Positions 20,826 through 29,102 are shown, counted from the first letter of the stretch. The stretch: DNA of 64,000 nucleotides from Minisyncoccota bacterium (GCA_035299545.1 DATGWJ010000021.1:10090-74089), one strand, 5' to 3'. The notes: generated by a model not told the origin, from the letters alone. Numbers and translations are program-made.

Positions 20826-20935
20826 CTGCTTGGAGAGTTTAGAGAGTATCTCTTCAAAGCCGTTGTTCATTTGTGCTTTGTTCATGTTTTTAGGGTTAAG
20901 GTAAGCGGCTTTCGTTTGACGAAAGCCGCTTTTTT
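20826..20935 (+). ncRNA. Candidate ~110-nt small RNA
   Basis: Lies between the consensus promoter and the terminator AAGCGGCTTTCG-TTTGA-CGAAAGCCGCTTTTTT; no convincing ORF. Confidence 0.5.
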
Positions 20936-20954
20936 GTTGTCTAAAAAGACAAAT

Positions 20955-21125
20955 AAAAAGCCTCCACGATCAAACGTAGAGGCACATGTAAGGTTAATTA
21001 CCTAGGGAAAGTTTCGTTCAGGTATACGCGCCTACACATTGAACAAATGAAGAAAATTAGATCGGGAAGGTGTACATTGTACCCTATCGCCTTATTTTCC
21101 ATTTCCCAGTGGAACCTTGACTTAA
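20955..21125 (-). ncRNA. Candidate ~170-nt structured RNA downstream of the RT (alternatively a 34-aa ORF)
   Basis: Upstream TTGACA promoter (21153-21158), nested stems, terminator GCCTCTACG...CGTGGAGGCTTTTT. Confidence 0.45.
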
Positions 21126-21237
21126 TGAGTATATTACTCGGAGGAGGAGGAATGTCAAGGGGAAATTTTTAGTTATCAAGTTCTACAACAAGAGATACTT
21201 CCAGTCTCTTCCCCTTAATGGTATTTAAATATATTGG

Positions 21238-22644
21238 TTAAATTTTTAAGTTATATATATTATTGACTCTATTTATGTGTTTTTGTATAAATTTATATGA
21301 GATAGCTTGTGAAGCTAAAAATCTTTTATGGTGAAATAGAAAATCTGTATGTAAACATTCTTTTGTAATATCTTTTAATAAAGCAAGAAAATACTTTTTT
21401 TGTTTAGTATCTATATTAGAGTATATTTTTTTATAGTCTTTAAAATCAGGAGGGTGGGAAACCAAAAAATCTTTTGTCAAAATAAACTTTATAAGGTCAT
21501 CAATTTTCTTCATCTTTCCATCAGCTTTCTTGAGAGAACTTAGTATAGCTCTAACTAAAGTTCTACCTCCAGACCTCAGGTCTTGCTTGTTCTTTAGATA
21601 AAACTCAATTGCTTTATCTATGTTTTTTGAAGAAACAACATTATTGCTTCCTCCTAGTTGCATAAGTATTTCAAATGCAAAATAATTATTAAATTCAGAT
21701 TTTTTTCTTACATGAACTTTTTTTTGATTCAAATTCAAACCTATCCTCATTAAATAACTAGAGGATCTTGCAATAATGTTTTTTATAACTTCTGTTGATT
21801 TAGCGAATACTACTTGGTCGTCTGCATAACGGAAATATTTTGCTCCTAATTTATCACATAATTCTTTCATTTTTTTGTCATAACTTTGCAGATAGAAGTT
21901 AGCTAGAATACGGGAACATTCTCCAAAGAGATCTTGTGGTAAACCAGCATTTTGATGTACATAAAAATTATTATGCCTATTCCAATATTTAAGAAAATGA
22001 AAAAGTAGATATACAACTTCATTATCTTTTGACTCTATATTGCTTCTTATTATATATTCCAGATGATCCAATCTTACTGAATCATAAAAGTTTGCAATAT
22101 CCAATTCTGCCACATAAGAATTTACATAATCATCAACAGAATATTTATAAATTTTGTTTGTAAAATCACCCCAATTAGCTGCCCATGCTTGTGGGTTAAA
22201 ATTAGTAGATATTTCGTATTCTCCTGACTGTATAAATGTATAATAATCTCCTTCAAATTCTTGTACAGAGATAAATTCTTTATCATAGCTAGATAGATCG
22301 ACTTCTTCCTCTATCTTTGTTTCCCCATTTAAAGACCACCCACCATAAGTTCCCTCTACTCTGTTTTTTGCTATGTATTTTTCTAATTTTCTTGTACAGT
22401 AAAAATAAACACAAAGATCTTCCAATTTAAATACAGGAATTACCCTTAAAACCTGGTTACCCTTATTAGAAATTAAATAATTTTGTGGTGGAGAGGGATA
22501 GTATTCTCTGCTTTTTATTTTTATATACAGATTATTAATTAATCTTTCTTTATTAATTGAGGTATATGGTATTAAAGTATCTTTAAGGTTATGTCTCCAA
22601 AACCCCTTATCTAAACATATTTCCTTAAATTCCTTTTCATTCAT
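21238..22644 (-). CDS. Reverse transcriptase (RNA-directed DNA polymerase), unclassified / UG-Abi-like
   Basis: ELDIANFYDSV (motif A), GLPQ...SRILANFYL (motif B), FRYADD (motif C), GLNLNQKK; C-terminal extension. Confidence 0.9.
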   Translation of the reverse strand: MNEKEFKEICLDKGFWRHNLKDTLIPYTSINKERLINNLYIKIKSREYYPSPPQNYLISNKGNQVLRVIPVFKLEDLCVYFYCTRKLEKYIAKNRVEGTYGGWSLNGETKIEEEVDLSSYDKEFISVQEFEGDYYTFIQSGEYEISTNFNPQAWAANWGDFTNKIYKYSVDDYVNSYVAELDIANFYDSVRLDHLEYIIRSNIESKDNEVVYLLFHFLKYWNRHNNFYVHQNAGLPQDLFGECSRILANFYLQSYDKKMKELCDKLGAKYFRYADDQVVFAKSTEVIKNIIARSSSYLMRIGLNLNQKKVHVRKKSEFNNYFAFEILMQLGGSNNVVSSKNIDKAIEFYLKNKQDLRSGGRTLVRAILSSLKKADGKMKKIDDLIKFILTKDFLVSHPPDFKDYKKIYSNIDTKQKKYFLALLKDITKECLHTDFLFHHKRFLASQAISYKFIQKHINRVNNIYNLKI

Positions 22645-23186
22645 TTAGTATTTTTATCCTTAGAACTTTTTGTTATAGAGCTTTTTGTCCCATCTTCAAA
22701 AGTTCCTTCTAGGGCAATAAAGACATCAGCTGGATGTATGTTTGATTGATCAAAAGCAAGTCTTCTTATTTCTGGCTCAACAAATATCTGAGTTTTGTCT
22801 TTTTTACCTTTTTCTCCAGCGTAGACAACTAATCTTTTTCCTACTTTGGATTCAGTAAGAATTGCTCTGACAAAATACATATTATCTTTTGAATCAGCCT
22901 TGTCTTCTGCAATAGGGATAGCTTCATCATCAAGATTAATAAATTTCATTTTCTTAAACTCTTTGGAATTCAACTTATCAATAATGTAATGTTTTTGAAC
23001 ATTAAATTCTCTAGGAAGAGTATAATTTTTTTCACATTCCTGACATTTTAACCAACAAGCGTGTGGGTTATTTAATATTAAAGAAAGAGAGAGATGATGT
23101 TTAGGGCAAAGAGGTTTTGTATATTCCTCAGATGAGTATTGAACATGCCACTTAATTCCATCTATAATTACATATTGGTCATCCAT
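22641..23186 (-). CDS. Hypothetical protein with CPxH / CxxC putative Zn site, overlapping RT start by 4 nt
   Basis: 181 aa; LCPKHH...CWLKCQEC; ATGA overlap with RT. Confidence 0.75.
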   Translation of the reverse strand: MDDQYVIIDGIKWHVQYSSEEYTKPLCPKHHLSLSLILNNPHACWLKCQECEKNYTLPREFNVQKHYIIDKLNSKEFKKMKFINLDDEAIPIAEDKADSKDNMYFVRAILTESKVGKRLVVYAGEKGKKDKTQIFVEPEIRRLAFDQSNIHPADVFIALEGTFEDGTKSSITKSSKDKNTK

Positions 23187-23192
23187 AATATC

Positions 23193-23393
23193 TTAAAAAT
23201 CATAACCGTTATTACCAAAGTTATAATAACTACTTGTCTGTATACTTTTAACCAAAGTTCCTTTATTTCTACAATCAGGACACTCTTGCTCTTCAAGTTT
23301 AGCCCCTTTTGGAATATCAAAACCCTTTTTTGAGAAATTGCAGTTAGTGCATTCAGTATCTAATTTATAGAATTCTGGGATTTTATCATTCAT
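23193..23393 (-). CDS. 66-aa zinc-ribbon protein
   Basis: CTNC...CPDC; start MNDKIP chosen because TGCTATAAT lies 6 nt upstream. Confidence 0.65.
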   Translation of the reverse strand: MNDKIPEFYKLDTECTNCNFSKKGFDIPKGAKLEEQECPDCRNKGTLVKSIQTSSYYNFGNNGYDF

Positions 23394-23433
23394 GAGCAGA
23401 TTATAGCAAATTCTTAATAAAATACAAAAATAT

Positions 23434-23662
23434 TTAGGGTCACTAAGGTATGCTTCGCATTCTATCCCAATGTGGTCACAAGTTACTAAATATTTTTCTT
23501 CAAGTATTCGAAAAATATGTAAGTACTCGCGACCCCAGCTCGGCAATTTTTCTGCTGAAAAATTATGCCTGTGCTTTCACAAAAGCGAAAAAGACTGGAG
23601 CAGTCCAGTCTTTTTAAATTCATGCTTTTGTGACCCTAGGGGTTAATAATTGGGGACGGATT
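23434..23662. mobile_element. Structured element bounded by tRNA-Glu 3'-end fragments, plus att-like repeat
   Basis: TAGGGTCAC...GTGACCCTA ends; first ~50 bp similar to 25256-25310; 23627-23662 matches 24666-24701 at 32/36. Confidence 0.65.
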
Positions 23663-23812
23663 GTGGAGGATATAAAGGTATTTATAAGCTATGTTGATTT
23701 CTTGGTATATAAACACAATAGAAAGCTTGACATATCTACTTTTTTGTGCTAATCTCTAGAAAAGAACTTATTTGAAAATAAACTAATATATTCACTAATA
23801 AATGACAAAGGT

Positions 23813-24577
23813 ATGGGACACAGAACACTTAAAAGGGTGCCATTAAATTTTAATGCACCACTAAACAAAGTTTGGAAGGGATATTTAAATCCGTTTCCAG
23901 GACCACGAGAATGTAATCATTGCAAAGGTAGTGGGTATAATAATGCTACTAGGAAAATTGCAGATGATTATTATGGCCATTACTCTCAAAGAAGTCGTCG
24001 CTGGTGTGATAACATTACACAGGATGAAGTGCAAGCCCTCGTTGATGCTGGTCGTCTTTGGGATTTTACCAGAGTTCCCCTTAATGAAAAACAACTGAAA
24101 GATGTTTTGCCTAATGGCTGGCTTCCGTATGATAATGGAAAAATTCCTACAGCAGAAGAAGTTAACGCTTGGAGTGTTAAAGGTATTGGCCACGACACTT
24201 TTAATAAATCTATTTTAATTGAAACAAGAGCCAAACGTTTACATGTCTTCGGTTATTGTCCTCATTGTAAAGGAAAAGGAGAAACAAAACTTCCAAGGAA
24301 GATGAAAAAACGTTATCAAAACTGGCGGAAACATGATCCTCCACAAGGAGAAGGATTCCAGTTGTGGTCAACTACAACAGGAGGATCACCATTTAGCCCT
24401 GTTTTTGAAAATGCTGAACAACTTGCAGTATGGTGTGCAGATAATGCTACTATTTTTGCAGATTATAAACTAACTGCCAAAGAGTGGCTCCAGGTATTTG
24501 CAGATGAACATGTTCTTGATCTAGAAAGTTCCTGTATAATTGTAGTGAAAAAAGAAGCAGAATTTTGCTTAAATTAA
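23813..24577 (+). CDS. Hypothetical protein with two DnaJ-like CxxCxGxG motifs
   Basis: CNHCKGSG and CPHCKGKG; own TTGACA promoter and terminator (24602-24631). Confidence 0.75.
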   Translation: MGHRTLKRVPLNFNAPLNKVWKGYLNPFPGPRECNHCKGSGYNNATRKIADDYYGHYSQRSRRWCDNITQDEVQALVDAGRLWDFTRVPLNEKQLKDVLPNGWLPYDNGKIPTAEEVNAWSVKGIGHDTFNKSILIETRAKRLHVFGYCPHCKGKGETKLPRKMKKRYQNWRKHDPPQGEGFQLWSTTTGGSPFSPVFENAEQLAVWCADNATIFADYKLTAKEWLQVFADEHVLDLESSCIIVVKKEAEFCLN

Positions 24578-24665
24578 TTGTTCATAAAAATTATTATTCT
24601 CTCCAATGGTTATAAGCCATTGGAGTTTTTTTATTTAAAAACACCCTCTTTTGAGAGTTTTTTAA

Positions 24666-24701
24666 TTTGTGACCCTAGAGGTTAGTAGTTGGGGACAGAT
24701 T
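24666..24701. repeat. att-like direct repeat starting with a tRNA-Glu 3'-end fragment
   Basis: TTTGTGACCCTAGAGGTTAGTAGTTGGGGACAGATT vs 23627-23662. Confidence 0.8.
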
Positions 24702-24786
24702 TTAGAAAATATAAGGGATTTTGGGTTTTATATTGACAATTAAATTTAAATCTGTTATAGTGTAATAAATTTTAAATTATACAATA

Positions 24787-25155
24787 ATGAGCAATAAAAT
24801 TGTGCACACAGTAATGACACAGGAAGGTCCCCGGTACAGAGTATGGTCAGATAATAGTGATAGATATGTAAGTCAAATCTTAACAGAAGATGAGCTTATG
24901 TTATTTTCAATTTTAATGGAAATAGAACCACTTCTGATAAATCATTTCTATGATCCCAAATATACTGGGGTAGTACTTGGTCACTGGATTCAGCGAGGAG
25001 AAGTTCTTAAGGATTGGAAGGTTGAATCAGAATTTATACCTGCTGATGATAAAGAGCAGGAAAAATATTCCAATATGGCAAAATCACAAAAAGAATTTCT
25101 ATTAAAAGCTGCCAATCTCTGGGAAGAATTCTTTCTTAATGGAAACATTAAGTGA
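24787..25155 (+). CDS. Hypothetical protein
   Basis: 122-aa ORF with TTGACA-17-TATAGT promoter upstream. Confidence 0.65.
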   Translation: MSNKIVHTVMTQEGPRYRVWSDNSDRYVSQILTEDELMLFSILMEIEPLLINHFYDPKYTGVVLGHWIQRGEVLKDWKVESEFIPADDKEQEKYSNMAKSQKEFLLKAANLWEEFFLNGNIK

Positions 25156-25255
25156 ATAACAACAAATCAAACGAGTATAACTTTTAATAGTGTACTCGTT
25201 TTATTTTACGTAACGATATACTGGAATTGCAAGTACACTTATTAAACCTAATAGG

Positions 25256-25490
25256 TTAGGGTCACTTTGGTATGCTTCTTCGCATTCATATTTTACGTGG
25301 TCACAAGTTAGACCGGGACCGCGAGTACGCTTATCGGTCATTACATGACCAGTACACCTTTTCCATTCGTGAGTACACTCACATGGAAAAGGTTTTCGAT
25401 TCCCGGACGCGAGATATGCAGATATCTCGCTTAGGGTCACAAATTAAAAACTCCGACTGAAAGGTCGGCTTTTTTAATTTGTGACCCTAC
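25256..25490. mobile_element. Structured element with an inverted, hairpin-split copy of the tRNA-Glu 3' end
   Basis: TTCGATTCCCGG-[25-nt hairpin]-TAGGGTCACAAATTAAAAA at 25395-25450, inverted relative to the adjacent tRNA. Confidence 0.7.
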
Positions 25491-25553
25491 CGGGAATCGA
25501 ACCCGGATTACCGGCTTGAAAAGCCGATGTCCTAACCGTTAGACGATAGGGCC
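25482..25553 (-). tRNA. tRNA-Glu(TTC)
   Basis: GGCCCTATCGTCTAACGGTTAGGAC...TCGGC-TTTTCAA-GCCGG...CCGGGTTCGATTCCCGGTAGGGTCA. Confidence 0.95.
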
Positions 25554-25768
25554 AAAATAATTACTAATTAACAATTAAATCAGTAATTGGTAATCATTAA
25601 TTACTTGTGAGTATAGCATTTTTGCTAAAATAATCAAATATTATGAGCGTTTTACCCTTGAAAAGTATGGATATTCTAGCTTGACTTTTTAGATAAAAAG
25701 TGATATAATATACACAAATAACTTGAAAATATAATAAAAATAAATAACGGCCTAGGAGGGCTTACATA

Positions 25769-26266
25769 ATGTCAACTCATACAAAATCACCTACTGACTC
25801 ACATGGAGAAACTAGTACCCCTAATGTAAGTACATCAAAAGTGTTCGCAATTTTTATAGGTATATTTTTTTCTATTATTATTATTATTTCAATAATAATA
25901 ATAATTAATAAGCCTAAAAAACTTAGAAATAACGTAAAAGTTATAGAACAAACAATGGTTAGTAATGTTTCAAAAACTTATGATCTTTCAGATATAAGTT
26001 ATGATTCATTATTAACTTTTGAAGTAAAGAATGGTGAGTTAATAAAAGTAGAACTTACTAATGATTGGTGCCCAATGTGGTCATCTGGAAAAATTAAAAC
26101 CTATGACGACAATAGAATTGAAAGAATTCTTGAGGGATCCAAATACATTAGAGGTCCTATAAGTACCCCTTCTCAAAATTACTTTTTCGTAAATAACAGT
26201 GCCTTTAAAATTACTGTTAAAATAGGAAGATGTAAATCAAAAACTGACTGTAAATTCAATCTTTAA
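25769..26266 (+). CDS. Single-TM hypothetical protein
   Basis: 165 aa, one Ile-rich TM; TTGACT promoter upstream. Confidence 0.65.
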   Translation: MSTHTKSPTDSHGETSTPNVSTSKVFAIFIGIFFSIIIIISIIIIINKPKKLRNNVKVIEQTMVSNVSKTYDLSDISYDSLLTFEVKNGELIKVELTNDWCPMWSSGKIKTYDDNRIERILEGSKYIRGPISTPSQNYFFVNNSAFKITVKIGRCKSKTDCKFNL

Positions 26267-26276
26267 TCTTACTAAA

Positions 26277-27296
26277 ATGGAATTTGTATATAACTTAGGA
26301 ACGTTAATTATTCTATTCTTAATATTAGTTATTCTTAAACTAATATTACCACTAGTGTCATACAAAATGAAAACTTCCTTAATAATAGCAATATGTGGAG
26401 CAATATTATTTGCGGCTAGATTTATTTATCTTCTAATAGGAGAATTTAATTTATGGCCATTAATATTTTGTGTCATTTGTTGTGTTTTTATTTACAAAGG
26501 AAGTAAAACTGTTGCATTTAAAACAACAACTGGAGTATTTTCAAAGATTACTCAAAAGTATGTTGGGCATATGGATCAAGGATCTTTAAATTGGGCAGAC
26601 CCAATGTTTGAAGTAGTAACTATAAATGTTGATGGTTCTCCAAATATTTCTCTTGATTTACAGGAGTTAAAAATAGAAGTATTGTCTACTCCAGATATGC
26701 ACACTAAAGTCCGAGGGATAAGAGCTAAGGTAAAAAACATAGTGTTTATGCTAGAAATCATAGAAGATGAAATGCCTTATTTATTTGAAATTGAAGGAGG
26801 TGGAGAAACAATAAAGAAGCGAATTCTTTCTTTTATTAATCTTTTTTTTCTTGATGAAATTGGAAAAATAGATCCAGTTGATTTAGATGAAGATAAAGGA
26901 GAAATATTAAAAAAATTAGCTTCTCGATTAAAAAGATCAGTAAACTCTTTCTGTAAAAAGAATCATTATCCTTACAAAATTCCTAATGGTTCAATAGCCA
27001 CTATTGGTGACACAGAACTTGAAACTAAATACTATGAAGTATTAGCAAAAAAGGAATTCACCAAACTTGAACAAGATGGTTTTGATGTAGAAGCTGAAAG
27101 GATTCGTGAAAGACTTCTTACTCTTGGTAATGCACTTTTACCAACAGCAACAGACAACGAAAAGTTAAAAGCTGCTATGGTTGCTATTAAAATAACACCA
27201 AAAACAATCGAAGAAAAAACTTTTGGTGTTAATACAGAAATATCTGCTCTCTTAAAAGAATTAGCAGATATATTAAAGAATAAATTTGTACCTTAA
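26277..27296 (+). CDS. Membrane protein, possibly SPFH/band-7-like
   Basis: Three N-terminal TMs, then beta-rich and helical regions; family call by pattern only. Confidence 0.55.
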   Translation: MEFVYNLGTLIILFLILVILKLILPLVSYKMKTSLIIAICGAILFAARFIYLLIGEFNLWPLIFCVICCVFIYKGSKTVAFKTTTGVFSKITQKYVGHMDQGSLNWADPMFEVVTINVDGSPNISLDLQELKIEVLSTPDMHTKVRGIRAKVKNIVFMLEIIEDEMPYLFEIEGGGETIKKRILSFINLFFLDEIGKIDPVDLDEDKGEILKKLASRLKRSVNSFCKKNHYPYKIPNGSIATIGDTELETKYYEVLAKKEFTKLEQDGFDVEAERIRERLLTLGNALLPTATDNEKLKAAMVAIKITPKTIEEKTFGVNTEISALLKELADILKNKFVP

Positions 27297-27305
27297 AATG
27301 AAATC

Positions 27306-27336
27306 AAACACCCCGAGATAAATCTCGGGGTGTTTT
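27306..27336. terminator. Bidirectional terminator
   Basis: AAACACCCCGAGAT-AA-ATCTCGGGGTGTTT between convergent genes. Confidence 0.8.
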
Positions 27337-27357
27337 TAATTTCGTATATATAATACC

Positions 27358-27678
27358 CTATTGCATTTCTTGGATATTAATATTATTGTTATCTATTTGA
27401 ATTCTATGTTCTCCTATAGTGTTTAATATAATGTTCATAATTCCAAAAACTGAAACCATCACGAACATTCCTATTATCCCCCACAGCATATGCTTCTTAC
27501 TTGAATTACGAATTTCTTCGTTATCTGGATTAAAAAGATATTGTAAGATGCCATAGATAAAATATACGACAGCTAGAGCGAACAATAAAACAATTATAGG
27601 ATTTATAATTACTCTATTAACACTTCTAACTAGTGTCTCAATATTTGCTTCAGCTGTTGGTATAATCTCTAGAGCCAT
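27358..27678 (-). CDS. VirB2/TrbC-like (T4SS-type) pilin
   Basis: Two TMs flanking a charged loop: YFIYGILQY...EEIRNSSKKHMLWGIIGMFVM. Confidence 0.75.
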   Translation of the reverse strand: MALEIIPTAEANIETLVRSVNRVIINPIIVLLFALAVVYFIYGILQYLFNPDNEEIRNSSKKHMLWGIIGMFVMVSVFGIMNIILNTIGEHRIQIDNNNINIQEMQ

Positions 27679-27681
27679 AGA

Positions 27682-28056
27682 TTAGTAACAATAAATACCA
27701 GCGTCAGGATTTGGAATACATGGGATATCTTCTTGTCTTAGTTGTTCAGGTCCAACTCCGAATGTATTTGTGATAAGTGATAGAATTCCCCAGAATGCTA
27801 CGATAACGAACAATCCAATAAGACCATTTATTATCTTACTTCTTGCATTCTTCTTAGCCTCTTCATCAGAAGACAAAGTAAACTGTATAACTCCCCAAAT
27901 AAAGTAAACAACTGCAAGAGTAATAAGTACAGGGATAGCATATCCGAGCAATCTTGCAATATTACCAAGGATACTGAATGCATTTACGCCATCTGCAGCA
28001 AGTGCAAGCATAGGCATAGAACCGAACACAACTCCTAACGAAATAATTTTCTTCAT
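27682..28056 (-). CDS. VirB2/TrbC-like pilin
   Basis: Signal peptide; YFIWGVIQF...EEAKKNARSKIINGLIGLFVI. Confidence 0.78.
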   Translation of the reverse strand: MKKIISLGVVFGSMPMLALAADGVNAFSILGNIARLLGYAIPVLITLAVVYFIWGVIQFTLSSDEEAKKNARSKIINGLIGLFVIVAFWGILSLITNTFGVGPEQLRQEDIPCIPNPDAGIYCY

Positions 28057-28177
28057 AAATAAATCTTTACTAATAAAAGATAATTCTTATAATTTTGTCC
28101 TTTAAACCGACCAGAGTAAAAAAGACATTAACTTTATAACCTTATTGTACCATAAAAGAACAAACTATTTAACAATT

Positions 28178-28498
28178 CTATTGCCCAGGAAGCTGAGGAA
28201 TAGTGTTTGAGATTTCAAATGTTCCAGTGAGGATAGCCACAAGCCCCCACATAGACAACATCACGAACAAACCAATTAACCCTCCGATAATAAAACTTCT
28301 TCCCTTCTTTCTCTTTTCTTCGTTCTCAGGATTTATGTAATACTGTATTACTCCCCATATGAACGCAACCGTTGCAAGTGCAAATAATAGTGGCACTACT
28401 GCTTTATACAAGAAACAACTTGCCCAGTTAACTATGCTAGTTAAATCTTGCATTGATTTACCTGAACAAACCCCGGAAACTGTAACATTATTATCCAT
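28178..28498 (-). CDS. VirB2/TrbC-like pilin
   Basis: FIWGVIQY...EEKRKKGRSFIIGGLIGLFVM. Confidence 0.78.
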   Translation of the reverse strand: MDNNVTVSGVCSGKSMQDLTSIVNWASCFLYKAVVPLLFALATVAFIWGVIQYYINPENEEKRKKGRSFIIGGLIGLFVMLSMWGLVAILTGTFEISNTIPQLPGQ

Positions 28499-28518
28499 AA
28501 TTAATTCTTATTTTAATA

Positions 28519-28971
28519 TTATGTTGTTTTTTTAATATCTTCGACCGTTTTACCTATAGCGTCTGCTATTACAAATGCCCCCAGGAGTAACGCCGCGCCT
28601 ATGAGCGTATAAACTAGGGAGTTCTTTGCTTTTGTAAGTTTCTCAGAGTTGCCTTGTGCTTGTACAAATAGAAAGCCAGTATAGATAATAGCAAGTGCGA
28701 CAATTGGTATGCCTATGTAGAGAACTATATTTATGATTTCTTTTATAAAAGAAGGAATATCTTTAATGTTATCACCTAAAGGATTTTCTATTTTAGTTGT
28801 TATGTTTGTGCCTGTATTGTCTACTCCTGCAGAATTATTATTAGTATTATCAACTCCATCTGGAGCAGCAAAAACCACTGGAGCTAATAACATAACTGCA
28901 AAGACTATTATAAAACTATATTTTAAAATTCCCGATAATATGGTGTATTTTTTTGTTTTAAAAATTTTCAT
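28519..28971 (-). CDS. VirB2/TrbC-like pilin
   Basis: IENPL..., IIYTGFLFVQAQGNSEKLTKAK..LVYTLIG. Confidence 0.8.
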   Translation of the reverse strand: MKIFKTKKYTILSGILKYSFIIVFAVMLLAPVVFAAPDGVDNTNNNSAGVDNTGTNITTKIENPLGDNIKDIPSFIKEIINIVLYIGIPIVALAIIYTGFLFVQAQGNSEKLTKAKNSLVYTLIGAALLLGAFVIADAIGKTVEDIKKTT

Positions 28972-29090
28972 CCCGTTAGAGATAGGAATTCTTTAGATTT
29001 CCGTATCTTACTAATTATAATTAATAATATAGACCTAATAAAACATTTTCATTTATCTTAATAATATCACATACACATCTCTAACGGGAT
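28970..29090. repeat. 14-bp terminal inverted repeats enclosing a pilin upstream region
   Basis: ATCCCGTTAGAGAT (28970-28983) / ATCTCTAACGGGAT (29077-29090). Confidence 0.75.
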
Positions 29091-29102
29091 TATTAATAAT
29101 AA

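Noticed and set aside
20845-22644. RT as a retron, with the 10-bp IR (20845-20854 / 21190-21199) as a1/a2
   Set aside because: No VTG or NAxxH retron signatures are visible. The IR is downstream, spans two convergent terminators and is short enough to be chance.
25201-25460. ORFs 25201..25440 (-) and 25272..25460 (+), and the N-terminal 51 aa of 23193..23546
   Set aside because: They run through the palindromic tRNA-end elements; their shared TCDH..EC.AY.SDP peptide merely reflects the repeated DNA.
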